Below, one piece after another: positions 19,270 through 40,510 of a stretch of DNA of 64,000 nucleotides (position 1 is the stretch's first letter; the number at the start of each line of letters is the position of its first letter). This DNA comes from the human T2T-CHM13v2.0 reference genome, Homo sapiens. A model generated the notes under the pieces. The model searched no databases, was not told the origin of the DNA, and worked only from the letters and a program-made list of their open reading frames with translations. The DNA is taken from the NCBI RefSeq assembly GCF_009914755.1, contig NC_060928.1. One strand, given 5' to 3'. Both the position numbers and the translations under genes were made by a program.

Positions 19270-19829
19270 TGTATTAGTTATCCATTGCTATGTAACAAAA
19301 ATATGTACTCCAAAACAGGGTGACTTTAAGAAATACCAAAACAGGGTGACTTTAAGAAATAGACATTACTATCTCACAGTTCTTGTGACTCGTGAATCCC
19401 AGCATGGCTTAGTTGGGTACATCTGGCTCAAGGCCTTATGTGAGGTATAGTCAAACTGTTGGCCAGGGCCATATTCTCATCTGAAGGTTTATCTGGGAGA
19501 GGATCTGCTTCCAAATCCAATCATGTGGTTATTGGATTTAGTTCCTTGCAGGGTCTTGGGCTGCAGATCTCAGTTCTATGATGGCTTTTGGCCCAAGGCC
19601 TCCCTCAGCTCCTTACCACATGGTTTTCTCCGTAGTACAGCTCACAGTATGGCAGCTGGCTTCTCTCAAAGCAAGCTCATGTGTGAGAGTCCAAGACAGA
19701 AGCAGTAGTTTTTTTGTATCTTAATCTAGGAAACAACATCCCATCACCTCAGCCACATTTTATTCCCTAGAAACAAGTCATTAAATTTAGTTTACACTCA
19801 AGAGAGGAGATTACACATGAGCATAAATA
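19270..19829 (-). mobile_element. MLT1 (F/G-like) LTR interrupted by Tigger1
   Basis: tgtattagttatccattgctatgtaacaaa...atctcacagttcttgtg...gcatggcttagttggg. A short remainder resumes after 22770. Confidence 0.7.
19310..19361 (+). repeat. Perfect 26-nt tandem duplication
   Basis: ccaaaacagggtgactttaagaaata occurs twice. Confidence 0.95.
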
Positions 19830-22770
<2,941 letters not shown>

Positions 22771-22859
22771 TGCAAAGAGGGATCGTTCAGGCCATCTTAG
22801 AGGATATCATAGGATTTTTTTTAAAAAAAACTTTTTATGTGTGTATATCTTCTTAGTTT

Positions 22860-23660
22860 TTTAAAAGCAGCTCTAATGAGAAATAAATGACATACAAAAA
22901 CCTGCTCATATTTAAAGTGTATTCTTTTATAACCTTTGGCATATGTATGTGTCCACGAAACTATCACCACAATCAAGGTAATTGAACATACCAATCAACC
23001 CTAAAAGTTTTTTTAATTCCCCTTTGTAAAATCATTCTCTTCCTTCCCTACACTGCTCCCCTCCTCCTATCCCCAGGAAACTTGCTTTGCTTTCTGCCAC
23101 TATTCATTAGTTTGTATTTCCTAGAATTTTATATAGATGGCATCATGCCGTAGTGTGTACTTTCCCCCACCCCCAGCTTCTTTTACTCAATAAAATTATT
23201 TTAAGATTTACCCATGTTGCTTTATGTATTCATTCATTTCTGTTGCTGAGTGGAATTTCAGTGTATGAATATACAACAGTTTATTGATGAACATATAGGT
23301 ATTAAGCTCTTTTATTGAATGCATAGACATTAAGGATTATGTGCCCTTGATGTATTTATCATTATGAAATGACTTATTTATTCCAGGTAATATTCTTTGT
23401 TCTGGTGTTACATAGGAACTCTTTCTTTTGAGTAACTCTTTCTATAGGAAATCTTTTTTTTTTTTTAATAGTAGCATGGCATATCTTTTTCTGTTTACTT
23501 TTAATCTTTTTGTATTTTCATATTTAGAGTAAGCTTCTTACATATAGTTGGGACTTGCTTTTTTTGTATAATCTGACAATTTCTGCCTTTTAATTAGGGT
23601 GTCTAGACCATTTACATTTAGTGTGATTACCTATGTAGTTATGTTAAATCTGCCATCTTA
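22860..23660 (-). mobile_element. Old L1M fragments
   Basis: aaactatcaccacaatcaag...tttcctagaattttatata; ataatctgacaatttctgccttttaatt...tagaccatttacattta. Confidence 0.6.
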
Positions 23661-26600
23661 TCTCAACTAGTCTCAAAGTTACTTGAGGACAAGAACTGTG
23701 TTTTATTTATTCAACAAATAATTATTGAGCCTCAAGTACTTACCTTCTTACCAGACAATCATTTCTTCCTAAAACTAGGCATAATGGGGGCTGATTCAGC
23801 ATTTCTTGGTTGACTTCAGAGAAATTCTTTGCATTTGAGGGAAAAGGTCAAATATACGGTTTTTATTTCTTTACTTCTGGATTTCACATAATTTCTACTT
23901 AGAAAGTGGGGAAGCTTGCCAAATCTTAATAGAAGTAAGCAAGGAATTCTTGTTAGTACAGTGAATCTAGCTTTTAAAAAATTGAGCTTAATGTCAGTGT
24001 TTATTAATTCTGAATGAGAGAATTGGCATCCAGTGTATTTTGTGACATGGCCCTCTTTCCCCACTCTCACGTACCGGAGATCAAAGCTTAATCTGACACA
24101 CCTGCTCATAAGTTGAAGTCACATCAGAGGCTAACACATAGGTAGATCCTATACCTCCTGTTCTAAGCAGTCCAGAAATAAATGAAGAGCAAGGTTTTGA
24201 TACGTCATTTCTAAAAGGTTGATAGCCCTTGGCATTTGCTATAGATAACTATTTTTTTAACTCAAATAAAATGACCCTAATGCCATTTCGCAGACCTAAA
24301 CCTACTTTAATCTTTCACTGGATGTTGAGAAGTCATGAGAGTATCACCCTGTGCCCCTCAGCCATTGTTCTGAAGATCACTTATCATTTTAGAGAAGCAA
24401 TATGGCTTCATGGAAAGAGTAGTAGTTAGAAAGCAGACATGGATGGAAATCACAGCTTCACTTCTTGACCAGCTGTACAATATTAGAAAAATATCTTAAG
24501 CCTTTTAAAGCCTTGGTTTCCTAGTTTGTGAAAGAAAGCTTACACCTACTTCAAGGCGGTTGTAGTGAGGATTAAGTGGTATGTGTAAGATGCCTGGTAC
24601 TTTAGGCAGTCAGTATATGGTGGCCGCAGATCAGCTAAATCAGTATTGACTCAGGAATAAATACCGTAAGCTTTTTCATTTAGTTAGAACAAATATTTGA
24701 GGGTCTACTGTGTGTAAAACATTTTACCAGATACTGAAGGTAGTTCATAAAAGTAGAGGTCAGGGTCCAGACTTCATAAGAAGGAACTTGTAACCTGTGC
24801 TGAAGATGAGATATATACACTTGGAAGAGTAAAATGAGTGAAAAGTAATACATGCCAGACTGCCTAAATGAGCATTAGAGATGAAAAATGCTTCAAGAGA
24901 TGGTGGGATTCACATAAAGATAGAAGCCACTCAGTTCATGTTGGATTGAACTAGGTTCCAAACTTAAGGTTATAGTAAAGATCAGCTTATTCTACATATT
25001 GCCAAATTATAATGTTAACTTCCCTTGAGTTTCTTGTTAATTACTTCCAGATGGGGGTTGGGGGAGACTCTTTAATTTTTTTTTTTTCATCACTCTTCTG
25101 CCAGTGATTCCAATTATGTGCAGGAATGTTCTTGTCCCTTGAGAACAGACATTCTTATAAGCTGAAAAATCAGGAAACATTTTTTTCTCTTGCCTTTAGG
25201 TTGTATGTGTTGATTATTATTAAATACAGTCTATAAGCCTCATGGTTATAATTAACGTTTCTCTTTAACGTCTTCTAAGATAGCAGACAAACCAGCAACT
25301 GCTCATTGGCTGTGTTAACTTTGGCGGTTATTTTCTGTGTGGCTGCTCCGTGCATGTGCTGTGCTAAGTTTTTTGGGCAATAAAAAAATAATAGAATATG
25401 AGGTTCACATCCAGAGAATTTACACTTTAATTGGTAAGGCAAAATGAATTCCTGATATAGTTAATTAACTTATTGGAAAAAGTTATTTAACTGTGTAATG
25501 TTTAATGTATACTCAGTGCCAAATACTGTCTTTGCTATGGGTCCTAATTGTTATACAAGTTTAAAGGATGGCAGGATTTTTATACATTTATATAGCTATG
25601 GGAGACTTCTTAGAAATGATTATTTTGAGCTGAAAATTGGGTAGGTTTAGAGGGATGGAGGAAATTCCCAAGGGAAAACAGAAGGAATATTTATTGAGCA
25701 CTTAGGTACAGTTTTAAGAGCTTTTGCATGTTTTGTATCCTTTGATTCTTACACTTGCATGAAGTACGTATTGCTGCTAACTCTATTTTATGTAAGAGAA
25801 AATGGAGGCACTAAGAGATTGAATAATTTGCCCAAGGTGACAGTATTAGTAAATGATGAAGCAAGATTCAAATCCAGGCATTCTTACTCCATAATCCTTG
25901 TTTGTAACCACAGATAAACAAAGCTTTAAAGCAGATTACATTTAGTGGATAGTTGGTGACCAGCTTGGAAAAGATATGCAATTTTTTGTTATATAGTAAT
26001 GGGAAAATAAGGTTGGAAATCAAATGGAGGCCATAATATGGGGTGTTTTATGTTTGGTTGAATTTTGTTGTGTACATGTACACCAAGCAGAGGAAGCTGG
26101 AAATTTTCCTGTCAGAATGTTTTTATATTCTTTTGCTTACCTAATTGCTTAAAACAATTAGATTATATGTAAGCTTAGAAAATAGCTGTTATATTCTGAT
26201 ATTAAGCAAAAAATTTTCCTTCTCTGTATATGTGGTTGAATTTTGCTGAAAATAATTTGAGGTGTAGTGATTTATTTCTGAAAAGCTGAAATAAATCTTT
26301 GTATTGGCTTGGAAAAATAATTGTTAAACTAACATCTCTAGCTGTGACACAGATGCATTTCTGAAGACTTTTAACATAAATTAATAATTTTAATGGGCAA
26401 GAAAAGCTTTATGTGGAAGTGATGAAAGTGGTAGTGCATGTTCTAATCTGCTAGTTCTCCTGAAATATATGTAAATTTTTTTAGTATTTGGATGATAGTG
26501 AAGCAGCTATTTTGGCTCGACAGATAATAATTATAAAGATTAATTATGTTGTAGAAACTTCCAACTGAAATGACATTTCTCTGTATGCTGAAGAATATAT

Positions 26601-28822
26601 AGAAATTATTAAAAGTCAAGAGATGACTTTTTCTTCTTGATAGCTATTTCTAGAATTTTAGCTGGAACTTGTTCATTTTCCCCCGTGTGGTAATGATTTA
26701 GTCACTGTGTGTGTGGATGTGTGTTTGTGGGTGTGTGCACACACACACTTGAAAGAGAAAAGGAGTGAGTGTGTTTGTGGTCTTTCTGAATATTTTTTCT
26801 AAGGAAAAGCCAGGTAAAAATGTGTAAGGATAGGTTCTTCCCATCATCTTCTGGTTCTCTTCTTTGCCCTTCCCAAATAACTTGGTCTTAAGAATGAAAG
26901 AACAATTCAACTTCAAGGGAATGACTTCCTCCATTTTACTTTGGCTTGTGTTAGTGGACATAGCATGGGGTACTGTGATGTGCACACAGCCAGGAAAGAG
27001 CAATGTTGTAACTGTTATGTTTAACCTGCTATTCCCCTGGAGTCACCTGGCAATACAGGAAGTAACTGACCACTACTGACTTGAAATGCACATTTTTTAG
27101 TCTTTTTCCAAAAAGAATAGAATTTCCAAAATTTATTTTTGTATTTGTACCCCTGTCCGTCCCTTCCACACTTCCTGTTCTGACTTACATATTCCTTTTC
27201 TCTGGTGCTGTGGTACCCCGAGCATAACTCTAATCTGCTGGACTATGCTACAATTGTTGGCTTACTCAACCCCATGTCTTAGTCAACTTGTATCAGTACC
27301 TAGCACCGTTTTTGGCATGTGGTAGATTCAAGTATTTGACAAGTGAATGAAAATTAAAGGAAATAAAGGGTATGAAGTTATTCTTAACAAAAACCTTATA
27401 CTAATTTGGAGAATTTTATTAATATGGCAGCAAGTCTATGTAGTGGTTTTTGACTGAGTTTTATTTAAAGTTAATGGGTCAGAATTATGAAAATCAAAAT
27501 CTTTATTTTGTTTTCTTCCCCTGCTGACCTCTTCCTTAGTTCTTCATCCAAGTTCTGGTTTATACCCCACTTGTTGCCACTGGAAGGTAGTTTGGGGACA
27601 TATTTTTTAGGGATTGGCTTATGATAAGGATTACATTTTGAAATCCATACTAAGCTGAATTTTAGATATTGTGTATTGGTTTAGGGAGGACACTAACAGA
27701 TATTCTTAGGACAACTTAAGTATTTGTTTTGTTTTGTTACCAATTTTTAGAAGTGAATATATACAGTTCTTTATAGCTAAAACTGAGTGCATCAAGAGTA
27801 GGTTAATTATTGGGCTGTGTAGATAACTTGAAATGTTTTTGAATAAAAATAGGCATCTCTACTGAAGTTTATTCAGTTCTGTAAATGTTTAGTGAATGCT
27901 TGCTATGGCAGGCATTGTGATTGATGAGAGGGACATAAGAATGAATTAGGTAGTTTCTGTTCTCTAGAACCTCTCACTCTAATGAAGAGATGGCCATGTC
28001 AACAAATCATTGCAATATGGTGTGATATATGCAATGCTGAAAAATAATGATAGTACAAAAGAGGGTGAAAGTCAGTTCTGCTTCCGAAAAGGCTTTATAG
28101 TTAAGGAGACGTGTAAGTTGGTGCTAGAAAGATCTGTGGGAGCTCATAAGGGAATTGAAGGGTGAAGGGCACTATAGCGCAGTGATTTAAGGGAGTAGAC
28201 TCTAGACCTAGACTCCCTAGATTCAGATTTAACTTCCGCCATTTACATGCTGTGCCTGGCTTTTTTCTTTTTCTTTATCTATAATGGACCAATTATAGTT
28301 GTATGTGCCTTGTTCTTTTTGCTTGGAAGTTTTTTAATCCCTTCCTCCTCAGCAGAGTATAATACTTTTTTGTGCTGTGACTGTCTTTTATATATATCTT
28401 TTCTCAAGTGAAGTCCTTATGTGCCTTGTTTTCTATGGCAGACTTTCTTTGAAGGCAGGGTCTATATCTTAATCGTTTTCTATCTCCCACGTGGAATGCA
28501 GTCTCTGAGACACACTGAAACATACAGAAACATGATGAATTTTGAGTGAATGCATAAATCAATATATCACAGCCTTGTTTCTGTCCCAGCTATTGTGTAC
28601 TGGGTCCAGTAGTCTTACTCCCTGGCCCATACCTTTTCTTTGACTCCCAGTCTACACATACAGCAGAAAAGGTGGTTTCCATTAAATAGTTATTTTAGTA
28701 ATCTTGATTTTTTTTCTAGAACTCAGCTTCAGAAATACATATTGTATAGAAATAATTAAATGTGAATTTTTAACTTTTTTTTCTACTAGCTTACCTGAAT
28801 TATATTTTGCTGGGCCTGAGCT

Positions 28823-29039
28823 CAGCATTACCCAAAGTAATTCTGTGGAATGGATATATGATAAGTGTTACATAAAAGGGGGTTCTATAATCAAAGGAAT
28901 TTGAGCAATCCTGGGTTGACAAAGATAAACTAGTTTGACTTTTCTAAAGCTTTAATATGCCAGCATGCATTGTGAATCTCATTCAACCCATTTTTATGAG
29001 GGATTGGTGATCCATGGAATACACTTTGGAGAAATGCTG
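28823..29039. mobile_element. hAT-Charlie-type MITE
   Basis: Imperfect TIRs cagcattacccaaagt and actttggagaaatgctg. Confidence 0.6.
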
Positions 29040-29442
29040 CCTAAGTTTATGGGTTCATTTTAGCAAATAAGACTATTTACTGTCCTAGACTACTTTTTCT
29101 CCCCAGAGCTGACATATATTCTATGTTGATACCTGGAATAGTCTCACCAGTTGGCAAATCATATCCCAACATGTGCAAAGTGCTGTTGATAACAACTGGT
29201 GTTTTTTGACTCCTTTGCTAATTAAATATACCTGTATGGAGTCTCTGAAAGAGCCCAATCCACATTCCTTATCCTTAACAACTCCCTTCTTATAAGGGAC
29301 TTCAGTATAGTAGTCAACTTTCTTAGTGCATGTATAAGTGTCTATAGATTAAACATCTGTTCTCTCCACTGATTTAGCATACTTTAAATTTGTATCTCTA
29401 ACATGACATTAGCAAGTGAGAACTTTTGAAACCACAAAAGCG

Positions 29443-29773
29443 GGCTGCGCGCGGTGACTCACGTCTGTAATCCCAGCACTTTGGGAGGCCTAGGTGGGTG
29501 GATCACAAGGTCAGGGGACTGAGACCATCCTGGCTAACACGGTGAAACCCCGTCTCTACTAAAAGTACCAAAAAAATTAGCTGGGCGTGGTTGCAGGCGC
29601 CTGTAGTCCTAGCTACTCGGAAGGCTGAGGTAGGAGAATGGCGTGAACCCAGGAGACGGAGCTTGCAGTGAGCCGAGATCCTGCCACTGCACTCCAGCCT
29701 GGGCGACAGAGCGAGACTCTGTCTCAAAAAAAAAAAAAAAGAAGAAGAAGAAGAAGAAAAGAAAAAAAAAAAG
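29443..29773 (+). mobile_element. AluY-like with A/(GAA)n tail
   Basis: AluY diagnostics; TSD gaaaccacaaaagc. Confidence 0.92.
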
Positions 29774-29859
29774 AAACCACAAAAGCTACATATTCTATTT
29801 TAAAATACTGATATTTCCATTTTTTAAGTAAGTCTGAACTGGACAGAGCCATTCTAAAA

Positions 29860-30472
<613 letters not shown>

Positions 30473-30584
30473 TTATTCACTGTAGATGAAAAGAATAAAG
30501 AAAATTAAATGGTCTGTTATTCTATCATTCAAAACTAATTACTGTGGACATTTTTATATAATTTTTTTTCTCTTTTATATGCAT

Positions 30585-31095
30585 GAATCAGGATATTTTT
30601 AGCCACAAATAACAGAAAAGTAGATCAAAGTTGGCTTAAATAATAGGAGTTGATTATCTTATGTAACAAATTTGGAGGTAGCTTCTTTCAGGATTGGTTA
30701 ATCCCACCACACATTGATATCAGAGGTCTGGACTAGATTTCTTTTTTTTTGGCATTTTTTGGATTTTCCTTTTTACATGCAAGTAGTTACTGCAGCTACT
30801 GTGTCCTACCATGACAACACCAAAGCAGAAAGAAAGATGAACTGTCTTCTTGGACATCTCTCTTTATCCAGGAGAAGTATCCCAGAATGTCTCCTGTCCC
30901 AAGTAGGCTTTCTTTTATGTCTTATTGGCCAGATCTGAATTCCTTGCTCACACTGAAAGGATCTAAGTGAAAAAAATTCATGCTCTGGGAAGGGACCATC
31001 CTCTGAGCACATTACCACCTCAGTCTGAACAGAAATTGTAGTTCTCTTAACGAAGAAGGGCTGGCTTTGGAGAGGCAACTAACAGGATCTGCCAA
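30585..31095. mobile_element. Old MLT1 (K/L-like) LTR
   Basis: gccacaaataacagaaa...ggcttaaataatagg...cttattggccagatctg...tgtagttctcttaacgaagaagg; highly diverged. Confidence 0.5.
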
Positions 31096-31303
31096 ATTAT
31101 ATCTCTGTGCACTTAAAAGCCACTTTTTCTAAACCGAATTGTCTTATTACTTCTCTGTTGACCTGGATAATCCAGAATTAGATATATAATTGTTGAAATT
31201 AAACGACTCAAAGATTGTGGGGGGAATAAGGTAAATAAACTAAGATTTTTTTACTGGTAAGTTATTTTAAATAATGCTGAAAAGTATAATATTACAACTC
31301 TGA

Positions 31304-31637
<334 letters not shown>

Positions 31638-32082
31638 AGAGATTTATTTTTATATTTATTGTCTGTTTTGCTTTTGTGGTAGGTAGCTTTGGGCTGGGCT
31701 TCCAAACCTTCCTCCAGCAATGATTCTCCTTTGCTGTTGAAGCTATTTGGTAGATGAACCTGAGAAGGCTGACCCTACAGCTATAGAATTCCCATTCCCA
31801 AACACCCCTCAGTGTTTCATATGAGATACAGGTTTGTGGCAGCCATTCTTCAAAAATATACTCCCCCCAAATCAGACAACCTTGAAAAGATTTATTCTAC
31901 AAAAAACTGGGCCTACAATTTTGATGCTGCTACCAGGTAGTGGCAGAGTGTCAAAGTTATATATATTCTTACTTTCCTGAAATAGCCTTAATTTCAAATT
32001 GTTTGGGCTGTTTTGCTGCCCCCAAAGCATATCGATATTTCATAAATTTTAAAATTTCAGTATTCATAACATCTCTGGCTGC

Positions 32083-32101
32083 TATATATATAATATATAT
32101 A

Positions 32102-32163
<62 letters not shown>
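32083..32163. repeat. (TA)n plus poly(T), the tail of the 7SL pseudogene
   Basis: Directly visible. Confidence 0.92.
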
Positions 32164-32164
<1 letters not shown>

Positions 32165-32167
<3 letters not shown>

Positions 32168-32455
32168 GATAGAGTCTTGCTGTGTTTCCCAGGCTGGAAT
32201 GCAGTAGCTATTCATGGCCATGATCCCACTACTGATCAGCATGGGAGTTTTTACCTGTTCCGTTTCCTACCAGGGCTGGTTCACCCCTGCTTAGGCAATC
32301 CAGTGGTCCCCACTCCCAGGAGGTCACCATATTGGTGCCAAACTTAGTGTAGACACCTGATCAGCATAGCACACAACAGCCTAGAACTCCTGGCCTTAAG
32401 CGCTCCTTAGCCTCCTAAGTGGCTGGGACTACAGGTGCACACCACCACACCAGGC
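32165..32455 (-). pseudogene. 7SL (SRP RNA) processed pseudogene, near full length
   Basis: The reverse complement has Alu-like ends plus the S-domain absent from Alus (ctaagtttggcaccaatatggtgacctcctgggagtggggaccac...ggaaacggaacaggtaaaaactcccatgctgatcagtagtgggatc). Poly(A) tail appears as a T-run at about 32136-32163. Confidence 0.93.
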
Positions 32456-34697
32456 TATATACTTAGAAGTTTCATAAAAATAACCTTGTTAGGAGGGTGC
32501 TTTTTTTCATTTAAAGTCTAGCTCTTACTTGACTCAAGGGCATGGTTTAAACATCCAGGCCTGTATTTCATCACATTCAGATACAGGGCCTTGTTCAGGT
32601 TCCTCAGTATTTATATTTACTTAACCATAACTTTTGTATATGATAACTTATTTTGAAAAAAAATAGCTTAACTTTAGATTCTAAAGAAAGCAATCTCAGT
32701 TTTAAATTATATTAATTGTTATTTTTTAAAGTTATATGCATTCACCTTTCAGATAACCTCTAACACTTTGGTTTACCATCAATCTTTGTTTGGTGGGTTG
32801 CTCACAACTCTTGAGCTAGTTTGCCATTAGAATGTGTTCGCTTGCTTTCTTCGCTCTTCTTTAGCTATATAGCCCATGGAAGGGAAGGCATTACTTTGCC
32901 CTTTTAATTTTTTGAAATCCAAGTCCTCTTGAACCATTCTACTGTAAGAGGCAGAAGTAGAAAAGTAAGAGTATTATTCTCTTAAAAAGATAAAAGCCTT
33001 TATGGCCAGGTACTCTAATCACTGAATATTTCTCAGACTTTATAAATTTAATGGGAAGTTTATTTTAACCTGATCTAAATAGAAATTTAAATCTTTAAGT
33101 TAATTCTATTTAAGTAGAAATTGTAGTTTAAACTCTTAACTGGTGTTTCTTAGCAAATAATTTGTTTTATTTTAGATCGATGCCTTCTAATAAACAAAAT
33201 TAAAGGAACTGAATAACATTACATTAAAACATTTAAAATAGTAATTAAACAATATTTTCATTAGAAATTTCAATGGTGGACAATCTTAATTCTCATAAGT
33301 ATTCAGAAATGCCAGAAGTAAAACTGAATCAAGTATGAGAAACTTTCAGCCTAGACAACTTGAGTGACATGATGGAGACTACTGAATAGGCTAACTTTTA
33401 GGCCCATTCTTTCCCAATGCTCTTGGAAAAAAAATAGGAAAAAAGCAATTCCATATGTGAAAATAATTTTGCTGATCTTTAGCATCTATGTAGATCTGTT
33501 GGGAGGTTCTTTCAGTTTTTATAATACATAAAATTAGGACCTTGGCCAGCAAGCCTGAAATTTGTTGAGTATATGAGTATTTCCATGGACTGCATGTGAC
33601 CCACACACAAAAGTGAGAGAACAAGAGCTCACCTCGAACTGTGTTAAATTCTGTCCCAGAGAAGGGCATTGAAACCTAACGGAGAGTCTGTGTACTATGA
33701 ATCTCTGAAAACCCAGGCTGGGAGGAAATTGGGGGCAAACAGAGAAGCCGGATGGTGAGAGGTGGAATGTTGGGTAGCAGCCAGAAAAATAGAATGTGTT
33801 TTCTACATCATGTGGATTGCAGCTGGGGAGTGTCCAGCAGGGACACCCACAAAGAACCCAGAAGTGTGGCCTAAAAGGATTTAGCTTAAATATATCCTAG
33901 GCCCAGAGAACACTGAGGCATTTTAACAACAATACTTGTTAAGTGTATTTCCTGTCTCGTTTACCTCCTCTCTCTTTCTCTCCTTTTCTCCAGGCCTTGG
34001 TTGGGATAAGGGACAGGAAGCTGAACTTGCAGTCAGTGGACTGGTAGAACTCTAGACTAAAAAAGAGACAAAGATTACGTGCCCTCCCTAGCAGACTTCT
34101 GTTGTGACTCCTGAAGCACTCTCCATCATGTCCTTATTACAGAGGTAGCATGAAGGAGAGAGGGAAGGGTAAAGGGCACATCCGCTTCCAACATCTGATC
34201 CCATTTCATTGGACAAAACTTAGTCATATGGCTACATCTGATTTGAAGTAGGCGGGGAAATACAGTTTCTTGTTTTTTATTTTTAGCTAGACCTATTGTC
34301 TGAGGTCCTGTTACTAAGAAAGAATGGATATTGGTAGACAATTAGTGGCCTCTGCAACTTAGCCCTCATCTCTGAATTTGTTATAGGAGAACCCATTTCT
34401 CAGGTCTAAACAGTCTGTAAACATTCATAAGTTTATATGTAACTTCCTTCATGGCATCAGTTGGATTTTGCATGTCTTTGACTCTCAAAATATCTGAATG
34501 GTTTCTAACTGGATTCTGCGTAAGCCTTTGACTGTAGCCACGACCAAGTTCATTGTCCTGACACTGTTAGGCTTCTGTTGGATCTTTCATATCTCTTAAC
34601 TACTTCTTAATATTTTTAATCCTTCCTAGAAGTTAAAAATGGTTCCTTTTAAAATCTGCCTGCTTTTTTTCATCCATATTTCCATTTCTACTTTCTG

Positions 34698-38940
<4,243 letters not shown>

Positions 38941-39077
38941 AGATGAAATCCTGTTTTTACTAATTATAAGTAGTTTTTATTGTTGCAGCTGCAGTTTTGT
39001 TCTGGGTTACTGAGTTTTTAAAAATTATTATTTACTTTAGTGAAATTTGGAAGTGGATTTGTTACAGTATATAATTG

Positions 39078-39730
39078 TGACACAAGATTTTTCCCAGCCA
39101 CTTTGCCAACTGGAGACCTCCACAGCCAGCAGCACCCCACTAGCCCCAACCCGGGCCTTGCTCAGCCCCAGGCCTGCTGCTGGAGGTACCCTGCCCACTC
39201 AGCCCACCTGTGTTACAGCTTGTACTGCCATTGGCGGTTCCCGAGCTCTTATTCTGCTTCCAAGAAGAACAAGAATATACTGACAGTTGAAGGGTAAGGA
39301 TGGACAGAGAAGAATTTCACTGAGCGACAGAACAGGTCTCAGTGGAGAGGGGACTCAGGGGATGGTCCCCTACCCCATAGTCCGATGGTTTCTTTCCCAG
39401 TGTGGCTGAATCTGGGGCTTTTATGGGCACAGAATAGGGGAGTACATACTGATTGGTTTGTGAGTATGCAAAGAAAGACTAAAGGCACCACTCAGAGGTG
39501 AGCACAGCAATATAGAAAACCAATTAGGAAAGGGTAGGTATATGTAAAATAGGTGAAGCGTGCGGATCAGAGGAAAGCCACCAAATGGGAAGACGGGTTC
39601 TCAATCTAGTCCTTGGATTTAATTTGTAGCTTGGCTTTCAGGCTTTAAACTGTCTTCAGCTTGGAGGCGAGGTTTCACCAGGGACCCGCCTCTATCTGCC
39701 TAGGCATTTTTCTGCCTCCTGCCATTATCA
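39078..39730 (-). mobile_element. ERV1-class solo LTR (LTR27/LTR28/MER52-like), 653 bp
   Basis: TG...CA termini with a 4-bp TSD ATTG (39074-39077 and 39731-39734). Minus strand starts tgataatggcaggaggcagaaaaatgcctaggcagatag. Subfamily is from memory. Confidence 0.85.
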
Positions 39731-39825
39731 ATTGCATTATAGAATGTTGAAGACTTTGCTCTTTAAGGGAATATTATGGTAAATACCTTTTTATTTATTT
39801 ATTTATTTATTTATATTTTAGATGA

Positions 39826-39924
<99 letters not shown>

Positions 39925-39927
39925 TGA

Positions 39928-40110
<183 letters not shown>

Positions 40111-40321
40111 TAAAAGTATAGGCTATCACCTCTCTATTTTTGTAAATGTGGACTTTTGTATTTCTTTTAAAGACAAACATTAAGATGTTTTCTACTTCAG
40201 GCTACAGTATTTAGCAATAATTCATCTTTGCTTGTGAGCTAGATAATATTTTTCTGTATATAAATATCCTGTGTGTTTTAGTTGGGTTTGTTACTGTAAG
40301 AAAATAGATTCTTGTTTAGTT

Positions 40322-40510
40322 CACTAATTCTCAGAAATGTGGTGTCCCCAACTAGCAGCATCACCTGGGAACATACTAGAAATGCACATTATTGGGCCCC
40401 ACCCCAGATGTGCTATTCGGAAACTCAGGAGGTAGAGCCCAGCAACCTGTGCCTTAAAAAGCCCTTTGGCTTTTTTTTTTTTTTTATATGCTAAAGTTTG
40501 ATAACTACTG
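40322..40510. mobile_element. MER5A (hAT-Charlie)
   Basis: agcagcatcacctgggaac...tagaaatgcac...gggccccaccccaga...gcccagcaacctgtg...gctaaagtttgataactactg. Confidence 0.8.

Noticed and set aside
33530-34110. Purine-rich LTR-like or enhancer-like segment
   Set aside because: I could not assign a family, termini or TSD by eye.
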